From contig JBFLYH010000002.1 of assembly GCA_040756875.1 (NCBI GenBank), positions 222,526 to 286,525 on the forward strand: 64,000 nucleotides of DNA. The letters are read 5' to 3'. This DNA comes from a candidate division FCPU426 bacterium (GTDB taxonomy: Bacteria > Oederibacteriota > JAAXVQ01 > JAUVAV01). The translations under genes were made by a program, and so were the position numbers. Below the pieces are notes generated by a model. The model made no database searches. It was not told the origin of the DNA and saw only the letters and a program-made list of their open reading frames with translations. Shown piece by piece: positions 9,360 through 18,273 of the stretch. Position 1 is the first letter of the stretch, and each line of letters opens with the position of its first letter.

Positions 9360-10678
9360 AGGATCACCCCGGTCAAGTCATGTTCGCCGGCGCCGGTCAC
9401 GCGCGCCCGCACGATGGTTCCGGCCCGGCCGGCGCCGGTCAGCACGATGCCGCCGTCCACTTCCGGCGCGTCGCCTGCCGTGCGCCCCAGCCACAGGCGC
9501 GGTCCGGCGGCCTCTTCGAGCAAACAGTCCACCACGGTCCCCACGCGCCGTGCCAGGCGACGGCGGCTGATCTCGGCCTGCGCCAGCATCAACTCGCGCC
9601 GGCGCCGGTCGCGCGTAGCCTGCGGCACCCTGGGCCTGAGCGCGGCCGACGGCGTGCCGGCTTCGGCCGAATAGGTGAACACGCCCACGCGGTCGAATTC
9701 CGCGGCGCGGACGAAATCCAGCAGGGCCCGGTGCTCGGCCTCGGTCTCGCCCGGGAAACCCGTCAGGAGCGTGGTGCGGAGCACGATGCCCGGCACCCGT
9801 TGTCTGAGGGTCCGTACCAGCCCGAGAAACTTTTCGGCCCCGCCCGGCCGGCCCATGGCGCGCAACACGCGCGGATGGGCGTGCTGCACGGGCATGTCCA
9901 GGTACTTGCACACCTTGGGTTCCCGCGCCAGCCGCCGGACCAGCGCTTCGTCCACGCCGTCCGGATTCACGTACATCAGCCGCAGCCACTTCAGGCCGGG
10001 GATCTTCACCAGGCGGTCGATCAAGGCAGGCAGCAGCGGACGCCGCGAAACATCATACCCGTAGCGCGCCAGGTCTTGCGCCACCAGGACGATTTCCTTC
10101 GCGCCCCTGGCGGCCAGGGCGCGCGCTTCGGTTAGGACCTCGTTCATGGGCACCGAGCACAGCGGCCCGCGCAGGCGCGGAATGATGCAGAAGGTGCAGC
10201 GCCGCGAACAGCCTTCGGCGATTTTCACGTACGCCGTGCCCGGGCCCGAGACTCCTCGGTGCACAGGGCCCCCGAAGCGCCCGGAGGAAGGAGCGAGCCG
10301 CTGCGCCGCTTCCACCCAGCTGTCGACGGCGTGCGGCGGCAGGGCCTGGTCCACCTGCGGCACCAGTTTTTGCAGGCGCCCGGCGCCGTACTTGGCCACC
10401 AGGCAGCCCACGGCCAGGAGCCTGCGGCCGCGTTGCTTCCGCTTCCAGGCCGCGGCTTCCAGGAGCGCCTGCACGGCTTCTTCCTCGGCCGGCCGGATGA
10501 AGGCGCAGGTGTTGAGCACCAGCACCTCGGCCTCGTCCGGTTCCGCGACCACGCGGTAGCCCGACGCGGTGAGCGCCGCGATTGCATGCTCGGAATCAAC
10601 CTGATTTTTGGGACAGCCCAGGGTGATCAGGCAAACCTTGGGGGCCCAGGGATTGTTTATAGCCAATGGAATCCGCAT
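9356..10678 (-). CDS. rimO: Ribosomal protein S12 methylthiotransferase
   Basis: LGCPKNQVDSE, NTCAFI, radical-SAM CSRRCTFC, APEVDG, C-terminal TRAM domain; upstream of pgsA. Confidence 0.95.
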   Translation of the reverse strand: MRIPLAINNPWAPKVCLITLGCPKNQVDSEHAIAALTASGYRVVAEPDEAEVLVLNTCAFIRPAEEEAVQALLEAAAWKRKQRGRRLLAVGCLVAKYGAGRLQKLVPQVDQALPPHAVDSWVEAAQRLAPSSGRFGGPVHRGVSGPGTAYVKIAEGCSRRCTFCIIPRLRGPLCSVPMNEVLTEARALAARGAKEIVLVAQDLARYGYDVSRRPLLPALIDRLVKIPGLKWLRLMYVNPDGVDEALVRRLAREPKVCKYLDMPVQHAHPRVLRAMGRPGGAEKFLGLVRTLRQRVPGIVLRTTLLTGFPGETEAEHRALLDFVRAAEFDRVGVFTYSAEAGTPSAALRPRVPQATRDRRRRELMLAQAEISRRRLARRVGTVVDCLLEEAAGPRLWLGRTAGDAPEVDGGIVLTGAGRAGTIVRARVTGAGEHDLTGVIL

Positions 10679-10768
10679 GTAGTGTGATGATTGTAAACCA
10701 GACCCCCACTATACCGCCAATGCCCATATCCTGCACCCAAAATCTGCCCAATTTGTTTTAAATGGGAC

Positions 10769-11517
10769 GTTATTGCGAGGGGTTTATACGAAGCAACCTT
10801 CAACGCAGCGCGTCATTGCGAGGGAATTGTCCGAAGCAATCTATTTCGAACTCCCCCTACCCCCTCTTTAGCAAAGAGGGGGTAGGGGGAGTTGAGATTG
10901 CCGCGTCCCCTTCGGGGACTCGCAATGACGGACTATTATCCACAGAAGTCATTGCGAGGAGTCCCGCGTGCGGGACGACGAAGCAATCCATCATTCGGTT
11001 TTCTGGTTCTGTCGTCATTCCGGCATGTCGTCAGCCGGAATCCAGTATGATGTAGGGGCGTTCAATTGAACGCCCCTACTGGACCCCGGCTTTCGCCGGG
11101 GTGACGAAAAGTAAAATCTCTCTTTGGCAAAGAAGGAGCAGAGGGAGTTGTGCCAGGGGTTTGTCCGAGGCTATCCTGCGTGACGAGATTGCCGCACCTC
11201 CTGTGAAACAGAGGCTCGCAATGACAGAATAATATTCCACGAAGTCATTGCGAGGAACCCGCAGGTAGGGCGACGAAGCAATCTTTCATTCGGTCTTTTG
11301 GTTTTGCCGTCATTCCGGCATGTATTAAGCCGGAATCCAGTGATTTTGATCGTTTGTTTTTTTATGGAGCCCCCCCGGGCGAAGCCCGGGGTACCAACTT
11401 CAACCCCTTGTTACCCGCTCTTGGCGACATCCCCGAAGCAACCATTACGCATTCACCCCCGAGCAAGCTCGGGGTGCCCTGCGGAGGGGACTGGACCCCG
11501 GCTTTCGCCGGGGTGAC
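10769..11517. repeat. Nested cluster of at least five palindromic repeat families (REP/MITE-like mosaic)
   Basis: Several GTCATTGCGAG/GAAGCAATC units; two GTCATTCCGGC...GCCGGAATCCAG and CTGGACCCCGGCTTTCGCCGGGGTGAC pairs; GTAGGGGCG-hairpin-CGCCCCTAC (11052-11079); AACTCCCCCTACCCCCTCTTT/AAAGAGGGGGTAGGGGGAGTT hairpin; 127-nt element at 11364-11490. Confidence 0.85.
11364..11490. mobile_element. Short two-hairpin non-coding element, copy 1 (possible non-autonomous IS200/IS605-type element)
   Basis: Homologous to 39327-39460: same ends (ATGGAGCCCCCC ... AGGGGA), identical 18-mer GGCGACATCCCCGAAGCA, two subterminal hairpins. Confidence 0.55.
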
Positions 11518-11566
11518 AGCGATTAGTAGAAGCACACAAGACTAACGTTCGAAACCTTTTCACACA

Positions 11567-12184
11567 TTAGAATGTTTTTAATTTATTAATTATTTCAATT
11601 TCATCCGCAATAGTTTTTCTTTTATATATATGACAATTATAGGAATTAGCCTCCGGTTCCCAATCAAAATATGCCCCATAGTCTTTAGTCTTGATTTTTT
11701 TCGAGGCTTCATCAGACAAAGTGAATTTCGATTTAAATAAACCGAGAATCCTTGAGCGGCCAATATATTTTACAAATATTTCGACAAAATACTCTCCAGG
11801 TATAAATTCAAATTGGGTTCCGTCTTTTGGTAAAAGAAAGTGGTGATTAAGTGCAACGCCGTTTTCACCAACAAAAAGGCCACTCCCTCTGACAAGTTCT
11901 TTTTCCTTATACACCCATATATTAAATACTTGGGTATTTTCCCCGCGTTTAACTTTAGCAAACATGTTTTCGATGACATTGCCTTTTTTTGAAGTACTAA
12001 ATAGCAGCGTTCGCAGAAAAACCTGATTCTCTCCGGCACCATCCGGACCCAAATATACGACCGTCGGTTGTGTCATTCGTATTTTTCCTTTATGATAAAA
12101 AGTCAGCCAAAGGTTAACGACCGATACTATCAACGCAAAAATAGATAATAAGATACTTGCCACTGCAAGCAAGTCGCTCAACAT
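11567..12184 (-). CDS. AT-rich hypothetical protein with an N-terminal transmembrane helix, 205 aa
   Basis: Open frame in AT-rich DNA; ATG at 12184 preceded by GGAGG; hydrophobic N-terminus LLAVASILLSIFALIVSVVNLWL. Confidence 0.75.
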   Translation of the reverse strand: MLSDLLAVASILLSIFALIVSVVNLWLTFYHKGKIRMTQPTVVYLGPDGAGENQVFLRTLLFSTSKKGNVIENMFAKVKRGENTQVFNIWVYKEKELVRGSGLFVGENGVALNHHFLLPKDGTQFEFIPGEYFVEIFVKYIGRSRILGLFKSKFTLSDEASKKIKTKDYGAYFDWEPEANSYNCHIYKRKTIADEIEIINKLKTF

Positions 12185-12210
12185 ACCCGCGCCTCCTTTC
12201 CAAAGCAAAT

Positions 12211-12308
12211 GGGATTCCGGCTTTCGCCGGAATGACGTCCTTCTGTCATTGCTCGTTACCCCGGCCCAGTCCTGGCGTATCTGAACCAGGGCGAAAGCCG
12301 GGGTCCAG
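12211..12308. repeat. Palindromic repeat family B between the cassette genes
   Basis: GGATTCCGGCTTTCGCCGGAATGAC and ACCCCGGC...GAAAGCCGGGGTCCAG match the copies at 11014-11105 and 11309-11517. Confidence 0.75.
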
Positions 12309-12315
12309 GAAATAA

Positions 12316-12687
12316 TTACTCGGAGTATTTCTTCAATATCCTTCCCTTATCCTCATTCTCCTTATCCCCTTTAAAATACATCTCCACCAACTCCACCCTA
12401 TCCTCCGCCTCAAAGTAAGTGTAGATCACCCGGAGCCTGGTATTCGCGCCCCGGCCCTTGAGGGCCTTGCAGGCGAACTTGCGGGCTTTATACATTTTAG
12501 GCTGGTCAATGCCCAGACCTGCGATGGGCACAATTCCTTGGTTGTCTTTATTCAGCTTGTGAAACAGCGGAAGCTGCACCGAGAGAAACACCTTAAGGTC
12601 ATCATCTAGGGTGGGAAAGCGCTTTTTGAGTTTCTTTAGATCCTTCTCAAATTCCGGCAGACGTGTGATGTCACTGAATGCTGTCAT
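12316..12687 (-). CDS. RelE/ParE/HigB-like toxin (putative ribosome-dependent endoribonuclease)
   Basis: 123-aa basic protein: PEFEKDLKKL, MYKAR, GRGANTRLRVIY, VEMYFKGDKEN; overlaps the upstream antitoxin stop by 17 nt. Confidence 0.7.
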   Translation of the reverse strand: MTAFSDITRLPEFEKDLKKLKKRFPTLDDDLKVFLSVQLPLFHKLNKDNQGIVPIAGLGIDQPKMYKARKFACKALKGRGANTRLRVIYTYFEAEDRVELVEMYFKGDKENEDKGRILKKYSE

Positions 12688-13462
12688 CGCTTTTTCTCAC
12701 AGAGTAGGGGGCAGTGCGGTAAAAGACAGCTTCGTACTCGATGTTCTTCCCTTCCTCAGCCGTCATCCAGGGAACATCGCCATGAGAATACTCTTCCATT
12801 TGTTTGGCGTTTTTGTCCCCCAGCCTGCAGATCACGTCGTCGATTATTTCCTTTTCAGTGGCCTTGAGTCCGCTCAAATCCGGCTCGCGCAAGGGCAGAT
12901 ACTTGGTTTGCGGATAATTAAAGTATTTACTTTTCACTCTTTCAATCTCTTTGGCATTAACCATCCTGTCCACAATCGTTTTGAACTCCCTCGGCGTGGG
13001 GCCGTGATGATTTTTGATGTAAGTGGCACCGATAAGCTGCTCCTCAAAACGTTCGTAATAATCAAAGTCCATGAAATAGAGGAGCTTGTAGATAACACTC
13101 TCGCCCATATTTGGTTTAGACCCGACTTGGCCTAAAATATATAGCAATATTTCTTTGAATTTTTTCAGGTTCCTCTGCGGCACATTAATGCGTATCTCGG
13201 GTTTTGCCTCCCTATGTTCTTCCTCGGGTTCCAGGACTACCTGCGGCTCCTTGCTCAAATCCAGGATACTTTCCACGGAAACGCCGAATATCTCCGAAAC
13301 CTTCTTCAGTTCCTCCACAGAAAGCGCCCTGCTGCCATTCTCGATTTGGGAAATGGTGGGCCGGACCACCCCCAAGTGGTCTGCCAAGCTCTGCTGGCTG
13401 ATTCCCCGGGATTCCCGCAAGGATTTAATGCGTTTCCCAATATTCTTATTAAAACCAGGCAC
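12671..13462 (-). CDS. XRE-HTH plus DUF4065 (Panacea/SocA-like) antitoxin
   Basis: N-terminal HTH (IKSLRESRGISQQSLADHLGVVRPTISQIENG); C-terminal KLLYFMDF, YIKNHHGPTP, YSHGDVPW. Confidence 0.85.
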   Translation of the reverse strand: MPGFNKNIGKRIKSLRESRGISQQSLADHLGVVRPTISQIENGSRALSVEELKKVSEIFGVSVESILDLSKEPQVVLEPEEEHREAKPEIRINVPQRNLKKFKEILLYILGQVGSKPNMGESVIYKLLYFMDFDYYERFEEQLIGATYIKNHHGPTPREFKTIVDRMVNAKEIERVKSKYFNYPQTKYLPLREPDLSGLKATEKEIIDDVICRLGDKNAKQMEEYSHGDVPWMTAEEGKNIEYEAVFYRTAPYSVRKSDDSIQ

Positions 13463-13488
13463 GGACCTCGCCCCCTTCCTTCAATTAC

Positions 13489-13517
13489 AGTATATCTTAG
13501 GTAATAATACTTGTCAA
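13489..13517 (-). promoter_or_regulatory. Sigma70-type promoter of the TA operon
   Basis: Minus strand TTGACA (13512-13517), 17-nt spacer, TATACT (13489-13494). Confidence 0.8.
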
Positions 13518-13550
13518 TATCATGTTATATTTTATTACATTTCAAGGATG

Positions 13551-13686
13551 GATTGCTTCGTCCCCTAAGGGGACTCGCAATGACTTTTTTTCTGTCATTG
13601 CGAGGGCTTTTTCCGAAGCAATCTATTTTGAACTCCCCCCACCCCCTCTTTGCCAAAGAGGGGGATTAAGGGGGAGTTGAGATTGC
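13551..13686. repeat. Family A plus family D composite repeat (right flank of the TA cassette)
   Basis: 13594-13686 is a close direct copy of 10812-10901. Confidence 0.8.
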
Positions 13687-13695
13687 AGTTGGTTT

Positions 13696-14193
13696 TTACC
13701 GGTAATTGACGAACTGCAGGTGGATTTTAAGGTTGGCGGCCCGCAGGTGCTGCTGGACAGCCTGCAAATCGTCCAGCACTTTGCCGGAAATGCGGACCTG
13801 GTCGCTTTGGATCGCGGCCTGCACTTTGATTTTCAGGTCCTTGACCAGCTTGACGATTTCCTTGGCTTTATCCGTGGGAATGCCCTGCTGGAGCTTGTAC
13901 ACCTGCCGCGCGCTGCCGCCCGGGGCGACTTCGCAGTCTTCGCGGGTGATGGCCGCCAGCGGTACGCCGCGTTTGGCCAGGCGCGTGTCCAGAATGTCCG
14001 CCAGCGAGCGGATCCTGAAATCGCTGTCCGCGGTCAGGGTCAGGGTCATGGCGTTTTGGTCGAACGCAACCTTGGCCAGAGCGTTCTTGAAATCGTAGCG
14101 CTGGCTGACCTCGCGCTGGGTCTGCTCCACGGCGTTGACCACTTCCTGCTTGTCCAGCTTGCAAACCACGTCGAACGAATGTTCTTGGGCCAT
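13696..14193 (-). CDS. yajQ: YajQ family nucleotide/c-di-GMP-binding protein
   Basis: HSFDVV, QEVVNAVEQ, RYDFK, QGIPTDKAKEIVK, KVQAAIQSDQVRISGK..DDLQ, QFVNYR. Confidence 0.95.
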   Translation of the reverse strand: MAQEHSFDVVCKLDKQEVVNAVEQTQREVSQRYDFKNALAKVAFDQNAMTLTLTADSDFRIRSLADILDTRLAKRGVPLAAITREDCEVAPGGSARQVYKLQQGIPTDKAKEIVKLVKDLKIKVQAAIQSDQVRISGKVLDDLQAVQQHLRAANLKIHLQFVNYR

Positions 14194-14206
14194 GAGTGGG
14201 GGTGTC

Positions 14207-15001
14207 CTAGGGGGTGGCGGGCGCCGGCACGCGTTCGGTTTCGATCACAGGCTGGCGCCGCTCGAAAATGACTTCTTTGCGCACTTCGCCGGTTTCGCCC
14301 AGCGGAGGCTGCAGCTCGCCGTTGAAATAAATTTCGATCCCGCCCGCGTTCCCGGTCCACAGCACGAAGCGCTCCTGGGCCTGCCAGGTCCGCTCCTCGT
14401 TGGGATTGAGGGTGATGTCCGGCTCCTGCCGGCCGTCGATCATGAGCGTGATCCAGGTCTTGTCTTTGCCTTTGATCTTGAGGGTCAGGGGGTCGTCCGG
14501 GCCGGGGGCTTTCGGCAGGGCCGCGGCCGGCGCGTTGAGTTCGCCGGAGACAGCGGGCGGGTTCGCGGTCTCTTCCTGCCCGGCCGGCCACAGCAAAAAC
14601 AGGCCCGCGCCCAGGCCGGTCACCAGCAGGATCGCCACCAGCGGCACCCAAACGTTCTGGTTGCTCTTGCGCCCGCCGTTGGAGTGCCCGGACGTGGGCG
14701 GCTCGGTGCACTGGGCGTGCTGGAGGATTTTATACTGGGAGAGGATGCGTTCGTCGTCGATCTCCAGGTACTTGGCGTAGGCGCGCAGAAACCCGCGGAT
14801 GTACGCCTCGCAGGGCAGCACGTCGAAGCGGTCCTCTTCGAACGCTTCGAGATAGCGCTTCCCGATTTTGGTGTGCTCGGCCACCTCGACCAGGGAGATG
14901 CCCCGGGCCTTGCGCTGCGCGCGCAGCTGTTCGCCGATGGTGAGCGTTTTTTCTTCGGTGCTGGTTTTTTCGTTTTCCGTCACTTGCGTGGCCTCGGTCA
15001 T
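14207..15001 (-). CDS. rodZ: RodZ-like protein (HTH, TM helix, DUF4115)
   Basis: IGEQLRAQRKARGISLVEVAEHTKI..YLEAFEE, YIRGFLRAYAKYL; one TM helix; C-terminal GNAGGIEIYFNG. Start set at ATG 15001. Confidence 0.85.
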   Translation of the reverse strand: MTEATQVTENEKTSTEEKTLTIGEQLRAQRKARGISLVEVAEHTKIGKRYLEAFEEDRFDVLPCEAYIRGFLRAYAKYLEIDDERILSQYKILQHAQCTEPPTSGHSNGGRKSNQNVWVPLVAILLVTGLGAGLFLLWPAGQEETANPPAVSGELNAPAAALPKAPGPDDPLTLKIKGKDKTWITLMIDGRQEPDITLNPNEERTWQAQERFVLWTGNAGGIEIYFNGELQPPLGETGEVRKEVIFERRQPVIETERVPAPATP

Positions 15002-15087
15002 GGAACTGCCCCCCTTCCTTGTCCGCCTTGACCTTGGGGACCCCATATTATCAAATCCGCCCGGAGGCGCAATATTTATTATCCCCT

Positions 15088-15888
15088 TTAAAACAGGTCG
15101 ATCACTTCGGCGCCGGCCGGCGGCTTGAACTCGAACCAGTCCGCCGGCAGCCCGCTTTCCGGATCGCGCAGCAGGTCCTCCTGGGTGTGGATCTTCACGT
15201 TGCGGAACTCGACCGCCACTTCCCTTTCAGCCGAGACCGCGATCCGGCTGGGCGCCAGCTGGCTTCCGTCCAGCCACAGGCGCGCCTGCTTAAAGGCCAG
15301 TCCCGAATCCGGCTTGGGGATGATTTCAAAGCCCCGCTCCCGGGGGCGCTTGGCGTCCGGCGCCAAGGCGCGGACCTCGCAGCGGGAGAGCAGGCTGGCC
15401 AGCCCGCCGCCCAGCTCCAGAAACAGCTCGCCCGCGTCGCCCGCGGCTGGCAGGGAGCCTACTTGCACCTGGTTGATCTTTTCCAAATACAGCCAGCGCC
15501 GGCTGCCGTTCGAAACCAGCTGCTGCACGTCCGGCTCCTGGTATTCCACTTTGTACCGCCGCCCCGCAGCCATCCAGGCCTTGCCCCGGGCCACCAAATC
15601 CTTGCCCCCGGGCCCTGCGCCGCTCACGGTCATGGCGAAATCCGCCTCCAGGTCGCCGATGGCTTCCTGGGCCTCGCGCAACTCGCGGGCCGCGCCTTTG
15701 TCGTTGGGTTTCATGGCCACGGTCTGATTGACGACGACCGAGGTGTTTCCCTCGGCGCCTCCGGCGCCCGGCGAGGACATTCCGGCCGGAGCGGGCACAG
15801 GGGTCGGCGCGGGTTTGCGGCCCGCGCCCAGCGCGGCCACGGCCAGCGCGCAGGCCAGCAGGCACCAGGCGTTCGTTGTTCGTCTCAT
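15088..15888 (-). CDS. lolA: Outer-membrane lipoprotein carrier LolA family
   Basis: Signal peptide; LEADF, YKVEYQEPDVQQLVSNGSRRWLY...NQV, FEFKPPAGAEVID; directly follows ftsK. Confidence 0.8.
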   Translation of the reverse strand: MRRTTNAWCLLACALAVAALGAGRKPAPTPVPAPAGMSSPGAGGAEGNTSVVVNQTVAMKPNDKGAARELREAQEAIGDLEADFAMTVSGAGPGGKDLVARGKAWMAAGRRYKVEYQEPDVQQLVSNGSRRWLYLEKINQVQVGSLPAAGDAGELFLELGGGLASLLSRCEVRALAPDAKRPRERGFEIIPKPDSGLAFKQARLWLDGSQLAPSRIAVSAEREVAVEFRNVKIHTQEDLLRDPESGLPADWFEFKPPAGAEVIDLF

Positions 15889-15891
15889 GTT

Positions 15892-18270
15892 TTATTCCTC
15901 CTGTTGGTTCAGGGCTTCGGGCCCCAGGCTGTCCGGCGAAATCAGGACTTTGCGCGGCTTGCTGCCGTCCGGCGGGCCGACGATGCCCCGCTGCTCCATC
16001 AGGTCCAGCAGCCGGGCCGCGCGGGAATAGCCGACCTTGAGCCGCCGCTGCAGGAGCGAGGTGCTGGCCTGCTTGGCCCGCACCACCCAGCCGATGGCTT
16101 CCTGGAACAATTCGTCCTCTTCCTCCCCGCCCTCGCCGGCCTGGCCCGAGGCCTTCTGCTTGACCTCCACGAACGCCGGATCGAACACCGGGGCGCCCTG
16201 CTGCCGCCAGTGCTTGACCACGCGCTCCACTTCGGGCGTGGAAATGAACACGCCCTGGATGCGCATGGGCTTGGTCGCCGAAGCCGGGGCATACAGCATG
16301 TCGCCGCGCCCCAGCAGCGCGTCCGCGCCGTTCATGTCGAGGATGGTCCGCGAATCCACCTTGGAGGACACCTGGAAGGCGATGCGCGAGGGGAAGTTGG
16401 CTTTGATCAGTCCGGTGATCACGTCCACCGAGGGCCGCTGCGTGGCCAGCACCAGGTGGATGCCCACGCCGCGCGCCATCTGGGCCAGCCGGGTGATGGT
16501 GGTTTCCACCTCGTTGGCCGCGATCATCATCAGGTCGGCCAGCTCGTCGATGAACACCACGATGTAGGGCATGTGCACCATCCGGGCGTCCGGGGCCCAG
16601 GCCTGGTCCCCCGTGGCCGCGGCTTGTTCGGCCACCCGCTGGTTGTAGGTTTGGATGTCGCGCACGCCCAGCTCGGCGAACCGCTGATAGCGCGCCTCCA
16701 TTTCCTTGACCAGGAGCCTGAGCGCCATGGCCGCCTCGCGGGCGTCGGTGATGACCGGGCTCTTGAGGTGCGGGATGCCGTTGTAGCTCGTAAGCTCCAC
16801 GCGCTTGGGGTCGATCATGAGGAATTTCACCTGCCGGGGCGTGGTCCGGAACAGCAGGCTGCTGATGATGCCGTTGACGCAGGCGCTCTTGCCCGAACCC
16901 GTGGCGCCCGCGATCAGCAGGTGGGGCATGGCATCCAGCCTCCCGAAAATATGCTTGCCGCCGATGTCCTTCCCCACCGCGAACGTGAGCACGGACTCTT
17001 CGGTGTTGAACGCCGGGTCGCCCAAAAGCTCCTGGATGCTCACGATCTGCTTCTCCTGGTTGGGGATCTCGATGCCGACCGCGCCCTTGCCCGGGATCGG
17101 CGCCTCGATGCGCACGTGTTCGGCTTTCATGGCCAGGGCGATGTCGTCCGCCAGCGAAAGGATGCTGTTGACTTTGACGCCGGGCGAAGGCTGCAGTTCG
17201 TAGCGCGTGACCACGGGGCCGGGGCAGACTTCGACCACCTTGGCCGCCACGCCGAACTGGTTCAGGCTGCGTTCCAGCGTCTGGCTCATGCCCTCGAAAT
17301 AAGCGGTGTTGAGCGTGGGGTTGGACTTCGGCGCGTTCAGCAACTCCAGGCTCGGCAGGACGTATTCCTTTTCCGTTTCAGCCGGCTGGTCCGCGGTTTC
17401 TCCGGTTTTCGGGGCCGCCGGCGGCTTGACCGGCTGGGGACGCGGCTTTTCGATCACCGGCGGAGCGCTGATGTTGATCTTGGGCCGTTCGGGCAGCGGC
17501 GGCATCGCCGGCGGCGCGGCGGCCGGAGGCTTGCTTTTAACGGGCTTGACCGCCCGGGCCTCGGCCGGATGGGCGTAATCCAACTGCGAGCGCGAATGCT
17601 TGACCCCGGCGTGCAACCGTTCCCAGAAACGGCGGATAAAGCCCGCCACGTACGGTTCCACTTCCAATAGATAGAGGGAAATAATCAGCAGGGTTCCGGC
17701 CACCACGTAGGTGCCGATCGTGGAGAAGATCGCCACCAGCACGCCCGCGGCCGCGGAAGCCGGCACCCCTCCGGCCGGAAGGGCCACGGGCCCGAACAAG
17801 CGCAGGCCCTTGGGCATCTGCGACCAGAACTGGGCCGCGTTCTTCCAGGCGTAGAAGGCCGGCGCCTTGGCCAGACTCAGGGGCTGAGGGTGAAACAGCT
17901 GGGTCAGAATGCCCAGGGCCAGCACGGTCAGGACCAGGCCCAGGAGCTTGAAAGTGCCGTGCTCCACGTCCGTGCTGCGGAACACGAGCCAGCCATAGAC
18001 CGCGATCATGGCCGGCAGCGCGTAGATCCAGACGCCGAACAGCGCGAGCCCGACGCGGAAGAGGATTTCGCCGCTGGGCCCCAGGGCGTTCTGCCCTGCG
18101 CTGTGCGGCCAGATGGCCGCGGCCAGCAGCACGGCGAAAGCCCACCAGCCGATGCCCAGCACCTCCTGCCGCCGCTTGCCTGAAAACATTTCGCGCAGGG
18201 TCCAGGGGGCGGAATCCGGCGCCTTCGCGCCGTTGCCCTTGCGTTTCATTTTCAACCAGAACGTCGCCAT
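15892..18270 (-). CDS. ftsK: DNA translocase FtsK
   Basis: N-terminal TM helices; GPVVTRYE, MPHLLIAGATGSGKS, MIDPKRVEL, IDELADLM, ATQRPSVDV, gamma domain LQRRLKVGYSRAARL. Confidence 0.97.
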   Translation of the reverse strand: MATFWLKMKRKGNGAKAPDSAPWTLREMFSGKRRQEVLGIGWWAFAVLLAAAIWPHSAGQNALGPSGEILFRVGLALFGVWIYALPAMIAVYGWLVFRSTDVEHGTFKLLGLVLTVLALGILTQLFHPQPLSLAKAPAFYAWKNAAQFWSQMPKGLRLFGPVALPAGGVPASAAAGVLVAIFSTIGTYVVAGTLLIISLYLLEVEPYVAGFIRRFWERLHAGVKHSRSQLDYAHPAEARAVKPVKSKPPAAAPPAMPPLPERPKINISAPPVIEKPRPQPVKPPAAPKTGETADQPAETEKEYVLPSLELLNAPKSNPTLNTAYFEGMSQTLERSLNQFGVAAKVVEVCPGPVVTRYELQPSPGVKVNSILSLADDIALAMKAEHVRIEAPIPGKGAVGIEIPNQEKQIVSIQELLGDPAFNTEESVLTFAVGKDIGGKHIFGRLDAMPHLLIAGATGSGKSACVNGIISSLLFRTTPRQVKFLMIDPKRVELTSYNGIPHLKSPVITDAREAAMALRLLVKEMEARYQRFAELGVRDIQTYNQRVAEQAAATGDQAWAPDARMVHMPYIVVFIDELADLMMIAANEVETTITRLAQMARGVGIHLVLATQRPSVDVITGLIKANFPSRIAFQVSSKVDSRTILDMNGADALLGRGDMLYAPASATKPMRIQGVFISTPEVERVVKHWRQQGAPVFDPAFVEVKQKASGQAGEGGEEEDELFQEAIGWVVRAKQASTSLLQRRLKVGYSRAARLLDLMEQRGIVGPPDGSKPRKVLISPDSLGPEALNQQEE

Positions 18271-18273
18271 ATC

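Noticed and set aside
10769-11517. Possible CRISPR array
   Set aside because: The repeats are of mixed families and orientations with irregular spacing, and no cas genes are present.
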